Shown here piece by piece: positions 1-13,383 of a stretch of DNA of 64,000 bases. The stretch comes from Oopsacas minuta (Eukaryota > Animalia > Porifera), in NCBI GenBank assembly GCA_024704765.1, contig JAKMXF010000122.1:248001-312000 (forward strand), read 5' to 3'. The position numbers were made by a program, and so were the translations under genes. Each line of letters opens with the position of its first letter. Position 1 is the first letter of the stretch. The notes beneath the pieces are model-generated. The model did not search any database. It was not told the origin of the DNA and worked only from the letters and a program-made list of their open reading frames with translations.

Positions 1-544
1 ATCTTTTAGCCTGTATCACGGATTTTTGATCATACATCCTGGAATTTGACAGCATCCCCATCATAATTTCTCCCAAAAAATTGAGGGAAGTGTAATCAAG
101 TTATGCTGTAGCGAAATAATGTCCTTCCCTCAAATATAGTGATTAGTCATCGACGCTTTTTGTCCAATTTTAGTGTTCTAAGTTCTCTGTTCATTATTCC
201 ACTAGCTTTATGACTTCAAAATAACCCCTAGCATCAATTAATAAGGAATCACCTACCAGTACAATACTATAGTTGTACCCAAATGCCAAACAAGATTTAG
301 TTATGCTGAATAGTAGCAAATTATGTTATTTACGAAATTTCAAAAGGTAAAATGACTTCATGATTTCATCATTAGTGTGAATTCCGTCCAAAACTCAAAA
401 ATGTCCTAGCCAGGCGAATTAGCCCTGTGGGCAGCAGTTCTCTTCAATCATTTTCGGACATACAAATATCTATCTCTCTCTAAATATATATATATACAAT
501 TACAAAGCAATCAATCTAATGCGCATTCTTTGTTAGGTCTGTTA

Positions 545-857
545 CGTAGGATTTTGACCCGCAATATAAAATCCTAATAGCATATCCATGGTGCGGGTCA
601 AAATCCTACGATTTAATATATGCGTAGGATTTTGACCCGCATCAAAATGTATTACACTAATTACAGCCGTTGGATTTTGACCCGCATATTATATATTATT
701 GTCGTAGGATTTTGACCCGCATATAATGAATTATTGTCGTAGGATTTTGACCCGCATATAATGAATTATTGTCGTAGGATTTTGATCCGCATATAATTTA
801 TTATTGTAGTAGGATTTGACCCGCATACAATATATTATTGTCGTAGGACTTTGACCC
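545..857. repeat. Subterminal array of a TIR-derived 19-bp motif (cgtaggattttgacccgca)
   Basis: Direct copies start at 545, 623, 668, 703, 738, 773, 808 and 842, with a ~35-bp period from 668 on. One inverted copy at 592-610. Confidence 0.95.
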
Positions 858-1319
858 TAAAGTAATCTTCTCTTTCATTGACTTTTTCGAATTCCATACA
901 CTCTCATTACGTAATTACCACTAAATGTCATAATGTAATTCAACTTTAGACTTGCCATACATATACGTAACTGAATAAACAAGTCAATTTAGAGTTGGAT
1001 TCTAGAAAGTAGTGAATTTCTTTAATAACGTGTAAACTATATTCCCACTACGTATTACAAATTTACAATATGTATAATTATCCAAAATGCCAATAATAGA
1101 CAGTGTATATAAATATTATATAACAATATTATTTGTACAGAAGGTGGTAGGTATTTGATAATTATATTTAATAACTCATAATAAATAATATAATTTAACA
1201 TGTCAATCTATATATTGCAATATATTCTATCAAATAACAAAAATTTTACAAGCATTAGCATGATAATGAATATTCGGAATATCTTAAGTACAAATTGTAG
1301 GCGATTTCACCTTTGCCCT

Positions 1320-4300
1320 TTTCTCTATACTTCCTAACAAGCTTTAAGGGATATACCACTGAAATATGTTCATCTATTGCACAAGCGTAGACTATGCATT
1401 TTATACGGGAGTCTTAGTCTAATGTTGATATACATATAGAGTTGAGGTGAAAACCGCAAGCCTCTGGCACGCTGTATACTCCTGGAAAACACTAGATTTC
1501 TATAAACAAAACAAGTCAGCTGCGGTGGCCTCCTCCTTCCCCTTACAGCCACCCCCTAACGTTAAACGTTTAACATTAACCTCACCTTGTTTATGTGTGC
1601 AATGTAGGAGCGAGTTTCTCATGTAGTTGGGTTAAGTAGGTGTTATTGACAAAGGCTGATAGTATTCGAGGTTTCAATTGAAGTAGCTCAGAGTCGAAAT
1701 TTTCATAGATTGAGTGTTGTTGCAGTGTTTCAAATGTTTCTTCCATGGTATCCAGGTTCAATATATCATCCAAAGAATCTAAATACATAATAAATATGTG
1801 AAATGTAGGATTGCTATTACGTATTAATCGAATCAATACAGAACACAACTAGTTTTATATGTACTTAATCATGGGCTGAGTCAATTAGTTATAGTTCAGT
1901 ACATTATTGTTTCGCTAATATATTTACCGCTAGAAGGGATTTGCAAGATCTTTTGGGCTTCTTTGATTTGCCTGTCTTCGTTCGAGCCTGCCTTTTTTCG
2001 TTCATGCGAGAATGATAATTTCGTGATAGATGGATAGGTAATTTGGTTGTTTTGCTATCTGGATCTTTGCGAGCAACTAGGTGGCTTGGTTTAACTTTCT
2101 CTATCGTATATGGTCCCAAATATTTCTTTGCATCTTTTGTTCCTGGGAGTCGCTTGGCTTTCTTTATATTATGTACAAATGCTTCATCTCCTTCCACAAA
2201 TTCTGATCTAAAGTTAAAACAATGATTATACAAAGAATTATAATCTGCCAATTACGTACAGCTTGTAATGATGCTAATTTTATAACTAAAAGTAAGTGTT
2301 TTGGAATTTAAGAATTCATATAATTGAGGAAACAATAAATTAGTTCCGATTCAAGACTATTCATATTTACCTGATTATAGAACAGTCAGTGAATTTAATT
2401 TAATTTTAGTAAGAGATGATGTATGAAATTCCAACATGTTACATCACAACAAGAATGGTTTCGTTATTGCTTACCTTTTGTGTTTAACTTTGCTGTCATA
2501 TGTTTTCTTTTGAACTTTCTGACCTACCTTGATGTTTTCAATAGCAGTCATCCTGTCAGCTTTACGTGTGGAAGAAAGATTTTCTATCCATTCGTTATCA
2601 ATTATAAGAAAGTCAAATGGGCGTGGTTCGTTTGCATCCATTTGAATATTCTCATCCTCTGATATTTCTGCCTATGAGATATCAGCTTCGGTTAGAAATC
2701 CGGGGTTAGTTGGAGAAGTGATAAGATTGAGAAGGTTAGATGAATCAAAGTCTCTCCCAAACATGAGATAAAAGGGTGTGTAGCTTGTAGAGATTTTGGT
2801 TTGAGTATTTGCTGCTAGTACTGCTGTCTGTAATTTCTTTGTCCATTCAGTGTCCCCATCAGATTGCATCTTGTTGATTTTTCTATTTGTAAAAAGTTTT
2901 AAATTGATTCAAAGCTATCTAATTATAAACGACGTTTATTAGACGTATGTAAGGCTTAGAATAGATATATATTTATATTTAGCATCAATACTCACGTTTT
3001 CAATATTTTGTTGTGTGACTCAACAAGTCCGTTACTTTGTGGGTGGTATGCTGTGGTTCTTCTGGTGTTGACATTTATCTTCTTGTGAAATTCTTGAGAT
3101 CCTATTTTGAAAGTAAATAAGAGAACGGAAACAATCTACTACGCGCATGTATTTAGTCTTGTACAACAATAGTTAGAAAGATAAAACGATTAATAAGATA
3201 AAATTTCCTCCCGAAGGTAGTAGCATTAATTCGGAAATTCTTATTTATTAGTATTTAACATAAATTAAAATCCAATTTTCCACACGGTTTCTTAAATATA
3301 GCCATCAGGGTGCAGAATTTCTTACCAGGGTATATTGAAGCAATGCGTTGACAATGGGCAATGCAACTTGTTACGTACGTATATCTAATATAGTAAGTTG
3401 TATTGTGTATCGGGAATAATTTAATTGGTGTATTTACAATTACTAATCTCGAGTATGTAAAAAATATGAGTTACCTTGCTTGAGAATTCTGTTCCCTGAT
3501 CATGTTTGAGGATGTTAGGTACACCGAATGAGAGATAAATTTCCTGTAAACAATCCAATATTCTTTAGAAGTTTTAGTCTTGAGTGGTCGGGCAATTACA
3601 AATTTACTCAGGCAGCACACGATGACAAGAATATGCTGAAATCCCAGTACAGTGCGGGACATATTGCATACAAGATCAATTCCACAATGACACCATGGTT
3701 CTTCAGAAGGAGGAATAGGTTGAAGCTCTCGTTGTGGCTGAGGAGGTAGAGCAGCAGAGGTTTGACAGTCATGGCAAGTTCGGATCTAGAACGGGAAATG
3801 ATTTAATTGTCAGTTTGCAGTCCAGTCTAATGTAATTTGCTACGTCCCAGATGTCCCACTAAATTAGCATTCCGTCCTGCTTTTTCTTCACTCAGGTTGG
3901 CAAATATGTTTATGTGAAATACTCCCACTACCTATCCCAATTACTAACTACCGCAAGGATCATTAGTTGTTAGATACATGATTGGTTGGTTGTACCGCAC
4001 AAATAGATTTCCATATGATAAAATTGTATACCGGTATACTAAATATCATCAGATCGCACAAATAAAGGTGTATACAGTAGAATAATTACAAGGTGAATAA
4101 CCTCAAACTATAAAATACATCCTGTTCTCAGACTTACCAACCCCTTTTGCAAATTTCCCTGAATTTTCGTTACTAAATCCCTGGATTTTCAAAATTTGTA
4201 ATCCAGGGATCCCTGGAGGGTTGGTAAGTCTGTATTCTCAGCCACATTTTCTTGGAAAATCATATATGAAAGAAATACGTAATTTAGTCACTCACGTAGG

Positions 4301-4825
4301 ATCCAACATCATTGTATATGCCATTCCAATCATATTTGTTTCGGATTCCATCAATGGTAGTGTTAATTCCAGGATGAGTGACATTGTGATAGAATCCGAT
4401 AATGTTGTCAATTTCCGAGACTAGTAGAATCTCCAAGTATTTCACACGCCATTTTTCTTTCTGAAATCTACAAGAAAATTATTCTAGTTAAACTCAGAGG
4501 TTATAGGTAGCATTGAGGGGTAGAGAAGCCCCCTAGTGTTTTCGCCCTTCTCATCTCCCTATGGTACGCAAATTTAATGAGGTAATTACATATCTGCCTC
4601 CTCGCAGATATCTAGTTGCCTCAAGATTTTTAATTATGTCCCGGAAATAAGTATAAATCAAAAATATCATCCAGGAATATACCTTCATTAGCTTATTCTC
4701 TTGAAAGTAAATCCCCTTGCACTTTCTGACAAAATTCTTCTTTTGTAGCGATCACTCTTGATTTCTGGTGGGATAATATTCGTCTGGAGGTATCCACGAA
4801 TTGCTTCATACTCTGTCGCATCCAT
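1320..4825 (-). pseudogene. Ginger-A integrase-type transposase, multi-exon, frameshifted
   Basis: Exons with GT-AG boundaries: 4825-4683 (MDATEYEAIRGYL...); 4460-4296 (FYHNVTHPGINTTIDGIRNKYDW, zinc-finger His pair); 3785-3475 (TCHDC...WCHCGIDL...HDQGTEF, Cys pair plus two catalytic Asp); 3101-2996 (AYHPQSNGLVE, catalytic Glu); ~2890-2672 (YTPFYLMFGR); ~2210-1904 (YLGPY, GPY/F motif). Further C-terminal exons extend to ~1320 (approximate). Confidence 0.88.
4129..4232. mobile_element. 104-bp hairpin/MITE in a Ginger-A intron
   Basis: 15-bp perfect terminal inverted repeat cagacttaccaaccc / gggttggtaagtctg. No clean TSD. Confidence 0.55.
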
Positions 4826-5039
4826 AATGAAAAATGTCAAAAGTAAATATAAGCGTTGATGTTGGAATCCAGAAACAAAGTAAAATATTAGTGTATACAT
4901 TGAGGAAGTCACACATGTATATATACGAATACTATGTGACTAGGGATGAAATGTTGATATTACTAGATTTGCAATTGCTACTTGCGGGTCAAAATCCTAC
5001 GCAACAGGTCTCTATTCGACTGGCGGGTATTTCTTCCAG

Positions 5040-5530
5040 CTTTTTGGCTTGGTTTAGCTTAAGTATTAAACAACTAAATTTGTAGTGCTTTAAGTCGCTA
5101 AGCTAGGAATATCCTCAGCACTTCCCGCCCAGAGTTGAAACATACCAGAAATTTCCATTTTTAGAATCAATAGACCCACAAGATTACATTAAATGGCCTT
5201 CTGCAGTAACACTGGAGCATTTACGTTTCCTTTGGGTATTAATCTGGGCACTTTTTGCCTCCAGTATTTTGAAATTCTCAAAAATTGGAAATTCGAGAAA
5301 TTTTGATTTTTAGTATTATCATGTTTACGTATTTAGTCCATGATGAGATATTCTTTGGACAAAGTAATGACATCAAAACATATGGCATATGGAGTGGTAC
5401 CTGTGATCAAACTGACAATCTTCATTAATATTGTATGAGCACTTGATAATAAATTGATATTTCGAAATTTAGAGAAGGTGATAATTACTTTTAATTGGCG
5501 TGAATTGTCGTAAAAGACTCGAACTTATTC
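5040..5530 (-). mobile_element. Fragment of the dispersed Helitron-like family
   Basis: Shares blocks (ttagcttaagtatta, gaaattctcaaaaat, gtacctgtgat, aagactcgaactt) with the 22286-22953 copy. Boundaries approximate. Confidence 0.55.
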
Positions 5531-8349
5531 AGGCCAGTCCCCAAACAGTCCTCTATGCAAGCACGTCGCCAGGACTTTTACCTAGGGTGGGGCATGAAGT
5601 TTTCAGGGGGCAGGACAAGAGGCAATGATTTTCACACATTTAGCAATAGTCATTCCAAGTGGCGGATCTAACAATTTCTAGATGGCTAACAATCCAGCTT
5701 GGCAGTGATGTCGTGTGGCTTCGAAATCTGTGGCGCACAACTTCAACCTAATGGCTAACATGATCTAGACGATGTACTATGTTCCCTATAAACAATCTGA
5801 AAATGTCCAGGAGGGAAACATTATGGAGACAGTCTGATAAATTTCTTGTCATAAAATGATCCTTGCAATAATTTCAAATAATTACTAGATGATTTAGGGT
5901 TGGCGCAGAGGTGTTGAAAATCATGTTTTGACTCATTCCGGAGATTTATGCATGGAATCTTCTTCAAATGTCAACATACATTCAGCCAATGTTAGAAGGT
6001 AACTTTTTCATTCTTTCATACGAATGTAGTCCTATGCAAATTGGGATTGTGATACAATGGCTATCGAGAATAAATTCTTTCCAATAATATATTCAATACA
6101 ATAGAAATTACTAATTTGACAAAAGATAACAATTCATTATCTAAATGTGTAAACGATTTGTTGAATTGGTAGTATGGCAGCAAAAACCGAAGCTCTCAAC
6201 ATGTCTGATTGATCGGCCTGCCAACTGAAAGAATTTTGGGTTCAAAGTTGCCAAGTAAGCGTGATGTTATGTATTATTTTATCCAGCATCGAGAGAATAA
6301 ATGCACAATACGAGAAAGCGCCCACGTAAAAGTGTCCCATCAGTGGGATCAATAGTATTATCTTCGTGAATGGTGGAGATAGTGAGTTCCATGTTCTAAT
6401 TTATTAGAGAAACTCTACTAGCTAATTGTAAATATATAATAATTCGACATAATAATTAACCAATATTATTCAATGAGAACATAATATTGTTGAATGAAAT
6501 TGTAGGGATGAGTAAAACAGTGATCAAATAGTTAGAGTAGTCAAATAATTTAAACCATGCCACTATTGAAAATCACAAACGGGTCGGGGTTTGCCCGCCC
6601 TGGACTATCACATATCGCTTGAATACTGATGAGTGAAATTTCTTCCAATTAACAAATATGTCTTCATTCAATGGAAGCGCTATTATGGGTACATGCGTAA
6701 CGTCTACACGCCCTATAGCTTTAAGAAAATACTATCTTTCTGAAAACGTTTGCTGGCTAATCTATTGTCCCGATACGTTTGGGAAAAAAGATGAACTCTT
6801 TAGCATGGAATAAAGAAGATCTGACGCCGTGCGGGTACATAGGGATCCTTATGGTTGAGATATTCCATATGAAGAAGCAAACATAGTTTGGAATGAACAT
6901 GGGACACTAACATTTATCCACAGCTAACTGAGTGTTTGGGGGAATAACACTTAATCAACTTGTTAATCGATGGAGGATAGTACTAAGCTCTGGGAAGAGT
7001 GAGATACAATTCTAAAAGGATCCACTACCATTGATTTTAGTACATACGTAAATTCAAGGAATCATGTCGGTAGATAAGTTTGTGTTTTACTGATAAACTC
7101 GCCAAATAGTCCCTCTGATTAAATCCTCAAAAACCCTCCAAAGACTACAGAATGATCAGACTTACTCAAAGACATCAACAGGTAAACTATTTAGACTTTA
7201 GAAGGAACTATGGGGTAGTTCAAACGTTAAGTGATGCTTCGAAGCTGCAAGGTGGTAAAAACAGAATTGCAGTCCCATCCTTTGTATTACAAAATGGTCC
7301 AAAAGCGTGATACAGGAGGAGTGAATGGTTATTTTAGGGATATTTCGTTATTTAACGGTTGAAAGGCCCCAATGTAGTATCCATTATAAAATGTAATGGG
7401 CAAAATTTGAAGTAAGGACATATCCCTCGTAATTCACATCTCAATCATGCATTTCTTGGAACAGAGCAGGGGACAGAATTACTCTTATACATTTATAGTT
7501 GTACATCACATATGCCAACCGTCCGCCATCAAGGTATTGGACTTATGACCCATGGGAAATATTACTAAATCCAAGGAAATTTTGGAGTTTGGGTTTGCGT
7601 GATGGGTAGGTAACAAACCCAGTAATCCAGGGACAGGGGCGTAGAAAGGAGATTTGGATTGGCAGGGCCATGGAGCCATGTTGACAGGATTGGTAGAGCG
7701 ATAAAATTACTTTCTATTAGTCTATATGGAGTGATCTTACATATACATCCAGGGAAATACTGAAAATCGAAGAAGTTAGAGAAAAATCTTCAGATAAATA
7801 GTTAAAGGGGTTTGTATGTATAAGATTGTAAATATATTTGAACAAGAAAAATATGTATGTATAATTTAGCAGTTAACATAATTGAAAATTTTGATTTACA
7901 GGCTGACTGACATTAGCTACTCCTCTTCAATTTCATTTATAAGTATATATATACACATCCATAAACAGATAGAGTCAAGGTCGCAATTCTCAATCAACCA
8001 AATCAAAACTAATCGCTTTCTTGATAAATATTTCCATTAGTACCCCTTCGATCATATAATAGTTCAGTCCAAGTTGAAATATGTTCACTTACAAACCCTA
8101 AATTATACCCATATAAACCTATTTGAATTATATTCCATCATTATGTTAATACATTCAGTTATCACACAGATGCAAGAACATACAAATGACACAATTATTT
8201 TAATAACTTATTAGTAGGGTCTTAGTTAGAATAAACTTAAGTTGATGTACAAATACAATACGAATACACATTTATGAGCTGGAGTAAATCTAAGATTATC
8301 TTTATGTGCAGATTTTAGAAAGTCAAACAAGTCATCATCTTTACTATAC

Positions 8350-9455
8350 ACATCTAAATCTTCATCATATGATTGATGGTCATCCTACATTTCGGTCAAC
8401 TGTAAGTCGTTACTACTCATAGCTCCTTATCTACTAGGAGTTCATAAGAGTATGTTGGATGATTGGGTTGAGCCATCTATAGATATATTTGCTAAATAAT
8501 GTTGCAATGTGTAAATTTAATGCAAATGGAAGTAATTGTTTTCAAATTTATTGCAAACATGTTTACTAGCGGCCTCTATATATATAGTAGTTGAAGGTGT
8601 TCTTGTGTGTCTATTCAATATGGCATAAGCAGCCCTCAAATGGTTTCATTATTGTTTTCTGTACATATATGGTGATAGAAACAATTCCTTATCTGGCACG
8701 TTCTACATTTGTTCAGATGTATTAATAAATTTGGCATTTTAGGTGTGATTTTGTTTATCGAATCTGCTTGTTCTACACATTACGTAACCAAAAATTATGT
8801 TAATGCATCTAAGTCGTATTTAGCAAGAATTTCTTCGCTAATGCCCGAACTTGCTATAAAATAAACTTTTTCTTCGAAAATTATAACTTGATGTCGTTGG
8901 TAAACCAAGCAGTTGGATGAATTTGCGATTTAGAGGGAAACTAATAGACAAAAACACTATACTAATATATACCCCCAGTCATGTTTTAGTAAATCGATAT
9001 TTTGACAAGATTTAAGGTGGACATGCAAACCTTTGGTTGATCCTCCATGACACCTTAGATTCTTCTTAAATCTTGCATTCCGCCATGTTTCCACATGATG
9101 ATCGCTTATAATGTGTCCAAATTGGTGCACCTTTAAATTCTCGTAATCTTATGTGGTCCACTGCCATGTAGGCAAAGAATAACAATATCGGTTCAGGCAA
9201 GAATGTACAATTGTAATATGTAGTATATGTTATGTTAACTTATGTGTATGCATTGGTATTATTATATTATGTAGTACTACGAACATTGTTACATACGATT
9301 TCTGCAGCTTACTAACTAGATAGACGTGATCTAATTCAATGGAAGCTAATTTTTGGAGTATGATCAATTTGTTTGAGAATCGTGAGATTGGAATACTTAA
9401 TCCGGGATTAAATACCAGTTGAACAAGTTCCAGGATCCCGGAATTGGAATGCCTA
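8350..9455 (-). mobile_element. hAT remnant with N-terminal BED zinc finger
   Basis: Minus strand from ATG 9167 reads MAVDHIRLREFKGAPIWTHYKRSSCGNMAECKI...RCHGGSTKGLHVHLKSC, a disrupted BED pattern. hAT-like terminus taggcattccaattccgggatcc ends at 9455. Left boundary approximate. Confidence 0.65.
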
Positions 9456-9579
9456 CTTGTAATAACAGTATGAGAATCAAATTGATATCAGTCATTGTAT
9501 CTAAAATTTCACATATGTTATCCACCAATTTACATGTGAAAATCAGGCACTTCAAGCAAAAAACACTGCAAACAGATTA

Positions 9580-9900
9580 ACATCTAAAGTGAGTAAGCCA
9601 ATACATTATAAGATAGAGTTAAATTCAAAACAAGTGAGGGAATACACTGTAAGACAAGATGGTAAGACAGAGTTACATCTAAAGTGAGTAAGCCAATACA
9701 TTGTAAGATAGAGTTAAATTCAAAACAAGTGAGGGAATACACTGTAAGACAAGATGGTAAGACAGAGGTAAGACAGAGTTACATCTAAAGTGAGTAAGAC
9801 AATACACTGTTACAGTGGAGTATCCAGGGGGGCGGAGCGCGTTAACAGTGTAGATAAAGTAACATCTAAAGTGACTTTTGGAGTATACTGTAAGATAGAG
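9580..9900. repeat. ~95-bp imperfect tandem repeat (2 full and 2 partial units)
   Basis: Units start acatctaaagtgag at 9580, 9675 and 9781, with a partial unit at 9862. Rich in gtaaga(c/t)a subunits. Confidence 0.9.
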
Positions 9901-10242
9901 ATAAATTTCTAGTGAGTTACTCCTAATATGCAGGGTTGCCGTCGCAGTGTGCATTCCCATCCCATAGAAATGTGAGTTGGAAGATATTTCTCTTGTGGTA
10001 GACCTCATTGTAATCCTGTCGTAATTCCCAATACTGATTCCCAAATCATTCCTATGGGAATGGTATGGGAATGGGATGAAATTCTAATCAAACCTCACCC
10101 CAGCTAAGCGTGTAATATCACAAATATCTGTAAATATATTATTTCATTGTAATTACCACAGCTTGTTTAGCATTTATATACGCATTATAAGAATGCACAT
10201 CAATATCTAATCATATTCACTCTCATCGTGCATGAGTTTAGT

Positions 10243-13200
10243 CGGGAACTTCGTAATACAGGACTACAACTTACTCTGATTTACCCATACTATGGATGGT
10301 AACTAGATGGTAATATTTATGCAACCACAGCTTGTAATTCTCGTAAACACAATTAAAAACAACCACAATATTTAAATATACTTTTGTATGTAAATAATGT
10401 AATTTATTTATTTAGTTATTCATTGTTTATTTTATGTTTTGATATTTGCTTTCCTACTAATTTAGATTGCTCATGATTATTTAATCCAATTCCTACTTTA
10501 AATTCCTCAGTTCTTGCATATTGCTTAATTCACGATGCCAAATTGTTATTCAGTACCAAATTTTAAAATAATTATCCTGGATAAATGAATACCTACACTG
10601 TCTTCACTTTGTTAAAAGATGCCAAGCTAGCTAAAATGTGGTTGAAACAGATATGTCGTGACAATGTATCTGAATTATAAACAATTTTTGTCTGTAGTAC
10701 ACATTTCAGAGATCTGGTTTTCACCGTCGATATACCGCAACCTGATAGCACAGTGAAAACTGTTTCAAGACGGCCAGCCTACATACCTGGTTCTTTCCCC
10801 CGTATATTTGAATTCCCTACTTATTCAAAAATAAACGACACCATCTCTCAGCGATTGAATCTTGATAAGAAAGAGAAATCCTTCTTTCATCAAGTACTTA
10901 GTATTTCTATTGTGTAACTAATTCACATTCGTAAGAATTCTTTGATTTTACTATCTATTATCAAGGGGACTACAGATAGCAAGCGTGACTATGAACTTGA
11001 ATTCGAAAGATTCTCTGTATCGACTTTTGAAGAATTAAACTTAAATTTTCTAATTATCCATTGCCAGAGAATTGGTTCTTATGGTATTCCTCTGATACAA
11101 CTTTGAGTATATTTAAGCCTCCGCTTTCTGGATCACTTCCTAACTTTGAATCCTATATCCTTATAGATTTACGTCTCTGCGCAAAGGGTTAGTTTATATA
11201 CTTTACATTAGTTATAAATCGGTTTTTATTCAATGGGAATACTTAATACGTTAAAATATACATCTACAAATGGTTCATATTGAAAATACTAGGCTTAAGA
11301 TATTCGAAATCTCTTATTAACCGAAAACTCTGTACTTTTCTTTGCAGCCCAAAGTCCATTTTTGATTGACATTAATTATCCTCCCGTAAGATTGAAATTT
11401 GAACACTTTTCTAAAATTGTTTCTATAGGATTTTACGAAGATGTTCAGGTATCTCTATCTATGAACACATTAAAGACGTTCGTGAAATTGATTACTTTAT
11501 TAAAGATATTTCGAGCTACCATAAAATGGTTCCCAAAACGAACTCAAACAAGCTATTGTTAATCTTCAATCTTCAATTCATAAGTTTGAGCTTAATCATG
11601 AATCTGATTCACTGTCAAAAGTCCCTCGTCTCCAAATGATACTATGCCAACTCGCAAATATCTTACTTCCCAAGCAAAAATACATGTACAATGTGATCAC
11701 TCTGACACTTGCTTTAAAATCCCAACTTATTTCTCCTGCTTGTTACTTTTCTTCAAATTTTCTCTATGTCTTACACTTCCACATCAAATTACCTTTTCGC
11801 AATCTTACTTCAAAATCAGGTTTTTGGAATATGAGTACAATGAATTTCTCATTAAATGAATTGCGATGTTTACTAAACAACAGTGTCAGCTTGTATTAAA
11901 CATCGATAAGGGTTTATGTAGTTTAACTTCAGCTATAAAGGAGGAAAGATTTATGGCTCGTCCAGTCCGAATGTAGAAGTAACGGAAAACTGTACTAACT
12001 TTCACGGTTACTAGTCTTTTCGAAAAATGGATTGAAATAGTTCGACTATATCTACTTGCCTGTAAAGATGCTTAAGAAGTTTTTGAGATAGTGACTACTG
12101 TTATAACTGATATTGAAAAGTGCAATCTCAATGTTGTAGTATTATATACAGATAACTTACCGCTAAATCAAAGTTTATTCAAATTACTATCGCGCAAGCA
12201 TATCGAACAATCAGTTCCCCATCCTTGTAGCCCCAATCGTCCTTAATTCCTCATTTTTGATTTTGTCCACATCATTAAATGTATTAGTAACAATAGGCTT
12301 AACCAACATGATGCTATGTTTAGTTCTATTTTTCTTCTTTTAAATCTACGTATTAACAATGATGAACGTTTTTGTTTTCTTGACAAAGTTGTTCAATGGC
12401 TTGATACTTGGAAATTGCTTCTTGGTAAGGACTTTATTAAGACATTTACATAAGAAGAACAACCTGTTAAAATTCGTCCATTAGAAGATTTCTTGTCTCT
12501 GTTGGACAATTCTAATCTCCTTCCTGAAGTAGATGAAACTACTCTCCTAGCATTGGCATTTGTAGCTGGATACGCTACCATTCTACATACTCTAAATACA
12601 AAGATAGGTGCGAAGAATACTTTGCTAGTTTAACCAAACAGAAAGATATTCATTAGAAGACCAAGATAATGTGAATCAACTCATTCAAAGAACAGAACGA
12701 GGAGGATTAAAGTATCCAGCTTTAGAGGTTCTCAATCGTGCATTCTCCTAGGAAAAGATTTACTGCAATTGAAGTACAACCGATATTATTCAACAAATTT
12801 GTTTCATCAACCCCTCGAAAATTCTTGTATCTCTCTCTACTATCAAAATAGAAGATACGTCGACTTCGGCAGAGTTTTGGAGAAGTAAGTGCGACAACTG
12901 TCTCAAGGTTAAATTGGATAATTGAAGAAAATACTTTGTACCATCTCTAATTGCATTCTGGCAAATAAAGTTCGAAATTTAAATTTACTCAATGTACTCA
13001 AATCATCAAAAAGAACTTCTATTATGTAGGACAACAGGAAATTAAATAATTCCAATCTTAGCTAACATTTGATTGTTTCAGTAAATGATTAATAAATACA
13101 TATTATCTGTTTAACAATCGGAGTTACTATCTGTAATGATTAAAGTATAATTTCATTAAAATACCTAAATCAACTAAAAAATCCCCTAATGTTCGATAAC

Positions 13201-13383
13201 ATTAGAAAATTTTCGATCTTAGGTAATTAAAGTGTTACAGAATGTAATTGCATGCATCTAAAACGTTCAATTATCAGAATAAATTCTTACTATTTCTCCC
13301 ATTCAAAATATAAAACTGTAAATTACCATCTGCCTACCATCCATGGTCCAAATCAGTTCTAAGCCCGGTATATGAAGTTCCCG
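10243..13383 (+). mobile_element. THAP9/P-element-like transposon, copy P1 (decayed)
   Basis: Termini cgggaacttcgtaatac / ggtatatgaagttcccg. 7-bp TSD gtttagt at 10236-10242 and 13384-13390. THAP remnant (KMWLKQICRD...FVCSTHF) and P-transposase motifs (SYKGGKIYG, TDNLPLNQSLF, FDFVHIIKCISNN). Many stops. Confidence 0.85.

Larger units (their letters stand above)
540..5006 (-). mobile_element. Ginger DNA transposon, copy A (full length, decayed)
   Basis: 25-bp TIRs tgttacgtaggattttgacccgcaa (540-564) and ttgcgggtcaaaatcctacgcaaca (4982-5006), 1 mismatch. TGT...ACA ends. 4-bp TSD GGTC at 536-539 and 5007-5010. Contains a spliced Gypsy-like integrase but no gag, RT or LTR. Confidence 0.92.

Noticed and set aside
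1-470. Possible transposon end at the window start
   Set aside because: No convincing reading frame or partner TIR within the window.
545-857. CRISPR-like repeat-spacer appearance
   Set aside because: The spacers are ~16 bp and nearly identical, the repeat is the transposon's own TIR core, there are no cas genes, and the context is eukaryotic.
6820-6930. Peptide EEANIVWNEHGTLTF resembling CD36/SCARB family sequence
   Set aside because: It is short, flanked by stops, has no splice context or further matching exons, and cannot be distinguished from chance.
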